From assembly GCA_963514005.1 (NCBI GenBank), contig OY740814.1, positions 14,508,001-14,572,000 on the forward strand: a stretch of 64,000 nucleotides of DNA. The letters run 5' to 3'. How positions within the stretch are numbered: the stretch's first letter is position 1; the number at the start of each line of letters is the position of its first letter. The position numbers and the translations under genes were made by a program. The stretch is from Raja brachyura (lineage: Eukaryota). The notes beneath the pieces are model-generated. The model was not told the DNA's origin. It saw nothing but the letters and a program-made list of their open reading frames with translations, and did no database searches. This document shows positions 62,154-64,000 of this stretch, piece after piece.

Positions 62154-63920
62154 TAGAAACATAGAAACATAGAAAAATAGGTGCAGGAGTAGGCCATTCG
62201 GCCCTTCGAGCCTGCACCACCATTCAATGTGATCATGGCTGATCATCCAACTCAGTATCCCGTACCTGCCTTCTCTCCATACCCCCTGACCCCTTTAGCC
62301 ACAAGTGCCACATCTAACGCCCTCTTAAATATAGCCAATGAACTGGCCTCAACTACCTTCTGTGGCAGAGAATTCCAGAGACTCACCACTCTCTGTGTAA
62401 AGAATGTTTTCCTCATCTCGGTCCTAAAGGAATTCCCCCTTATCCTTAGACTGTGACCCCTTGTTCTGGACTCCCCCAACATCGGGAACAATCTTCCAGC
62501 ATCCAGCTTGTCCAACCCCTTAAGAATTTTGTAAGTTTCTATAAGATCCCCCCTCAATCTTCTAAATTCCAGAGAGTACAAGCCGAGTCTATCCAGTCTT
62601 TCCTCATATGAAAGTCCTGACATCCCAGGAATCAGTCTGGTGAATCTTCTCTGTACCCCCTCTATGGCAAGAATGTCCTTCCTCAGATTTGGAGACCAAA
62701 ACTGTACGCAATACTCCAGGTGTGGCCTCACCAAAACCCTGTACAACTGCAGTAGAACCTCCCTGCTCCTATACTCAAATCCTTTCGCTATGAATGCTAA
62801 CATACCATTTGCTTTCTTCACTGCCTGCTGCACCTGCATGCCTACTTTCAATGACTGGTGTAACATGACACCCAGGTCTCATTGCATCTCCCCTTTTCCT
62901 AATCTGCCACCATTCAGATAATAGTCTACCCTCATGTTTTTGCCACCAAAGTGGATAACCTCACATTTATCCACATTATACTGCATCTGCCATGCATCTG
63001 CCCATTCACTCAGCCTATCCAAATCACCCTGCAGCCTCCAAGCATCCTCCTCACACCTAACTATACCCTCAGCTTGGTGTCATCTGCAAATTTGGAGATG
63101 TTGCATTGAATTTCCTCGTCCAAATCATTAATATATATTGTAAATAGCTGGGGTCCCAGCACTGAGCCTTGCGGTACCCCATTAGTCTCTGCCTGCCATT
63201 CTGAAAAGGACCCGTTTACTCCTACCCTTTGCTTCCTGTCTGCTCGCCAGTTCTCTATCCACATCAATACTGAACCCCCAATACCGTGTGCTTTAAGTTT
63301 GTATGCTAATCTCTTATGCGGGACCTTGTCGAAAGCCTTCTGAAAGTCTAGATATAACACATCCACTGGTTCTCCCTTATCCACTCTACTAGTTACATCC
63401 TCGAAAAATTCTATCAGATTTGTCAGCCATGATTTACCTTTCGTAAATCCATGCTGACTTTGTCCAATGATTTCACCACTTTCCAAATGCACTGCTATCC
63501 CATCTTTAATAACTGACTCTAGCAGTTTCCCCACTACTGATGTTAGACTAACTGGTCTGTAATTCCCCGCTTTCTCTCTCTCTCTTTTTTAAAAAGTGGG
63601 ATTACATTAGCTACCCTCCAATCCTCAGGAACTACTCCAGAATCTAAGGAATTTTGAAAAATTATCACTAATGCATCCACTATTTCTGTGGCTACCTCCT
63701 TGAGTACTCTGGGATGCAGACTATCTGGCCCTGGGGATTTATCGGCCTTCAATCCATTCAATTTACCCAACACCACCTCCCGGCTAACCTGGATTTCACT
63801 CAGTTCCTCCATCTTATTTGACCCCCGTTCCACTGATATTTCCGGCAGATTATTTATGTCTTCCTTAGTGAAGACAGAACCAAAGTAGTTATTCAATTGG
63901 TCTGCCATGTCCTTGTTCCA
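62154..63920 (-). mobile_element. Young 5'-truncated CR1 LINE (ORF2 RT to 3' UTR)
   Basis: ORF pieces 63543-63995, 63061-63534 ([35 protein letters not shown]) and 62252-62866. It ends in an (ATGTTTCT)n tail at 62154-62175 and has few frameshifts. Confidence 0.95.
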
Positions 63921-64000
63921 TGGCAGACCATTGTGTGGTATTTTAATTGCAAGAAAATCCCTACTTATTTTTTTAAAGACGTGAAGCAAAAGCACAGTGG

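Overview
Vertebrate genomic DNA. The repeat landscape (HE1-type V-SINEs, abundant Penelope-like elements, CR1, Rex1, DeuSINE remnants) suggests a cartilaginous fish, probably a skate or ray. The window holds a complete 5-coding-exon RAB11A gene on + (CDS 20281-38849; 40+196+194+81+140 = 651 nt, 216 aa, ending CCQNI) with a CpG-island promoter. It also holds the 3' part of a convergent MEGF11 gene on - (six confident exons, 59547 down to the stop at 46676, including a GC-AG last intron). A minus-strand CpG-island promoter/first exon at about 10.2-10.5 kb is probably DENND4A, inferred from synteny only. The remainder is intron and intergenic DNA full of transposon relics and two assembly gaps. 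The most notable observations are: an insertion whose target-site duplication copied the RAB11A exon-4 splice donor, creating a potential poison isoform; a composite non-autonomous Helitron with two 5' ends and a promoter-like cassette; Penelope-derived repeats carrying minimal hammerhead-ribozyme cores; and a MEGF11 tail that keeps MEGF10/CED-1-type NPxY signalling motifs. I see no convincing novel protein-coding system. Repeat family names come from recalled motifs, not from database searches.
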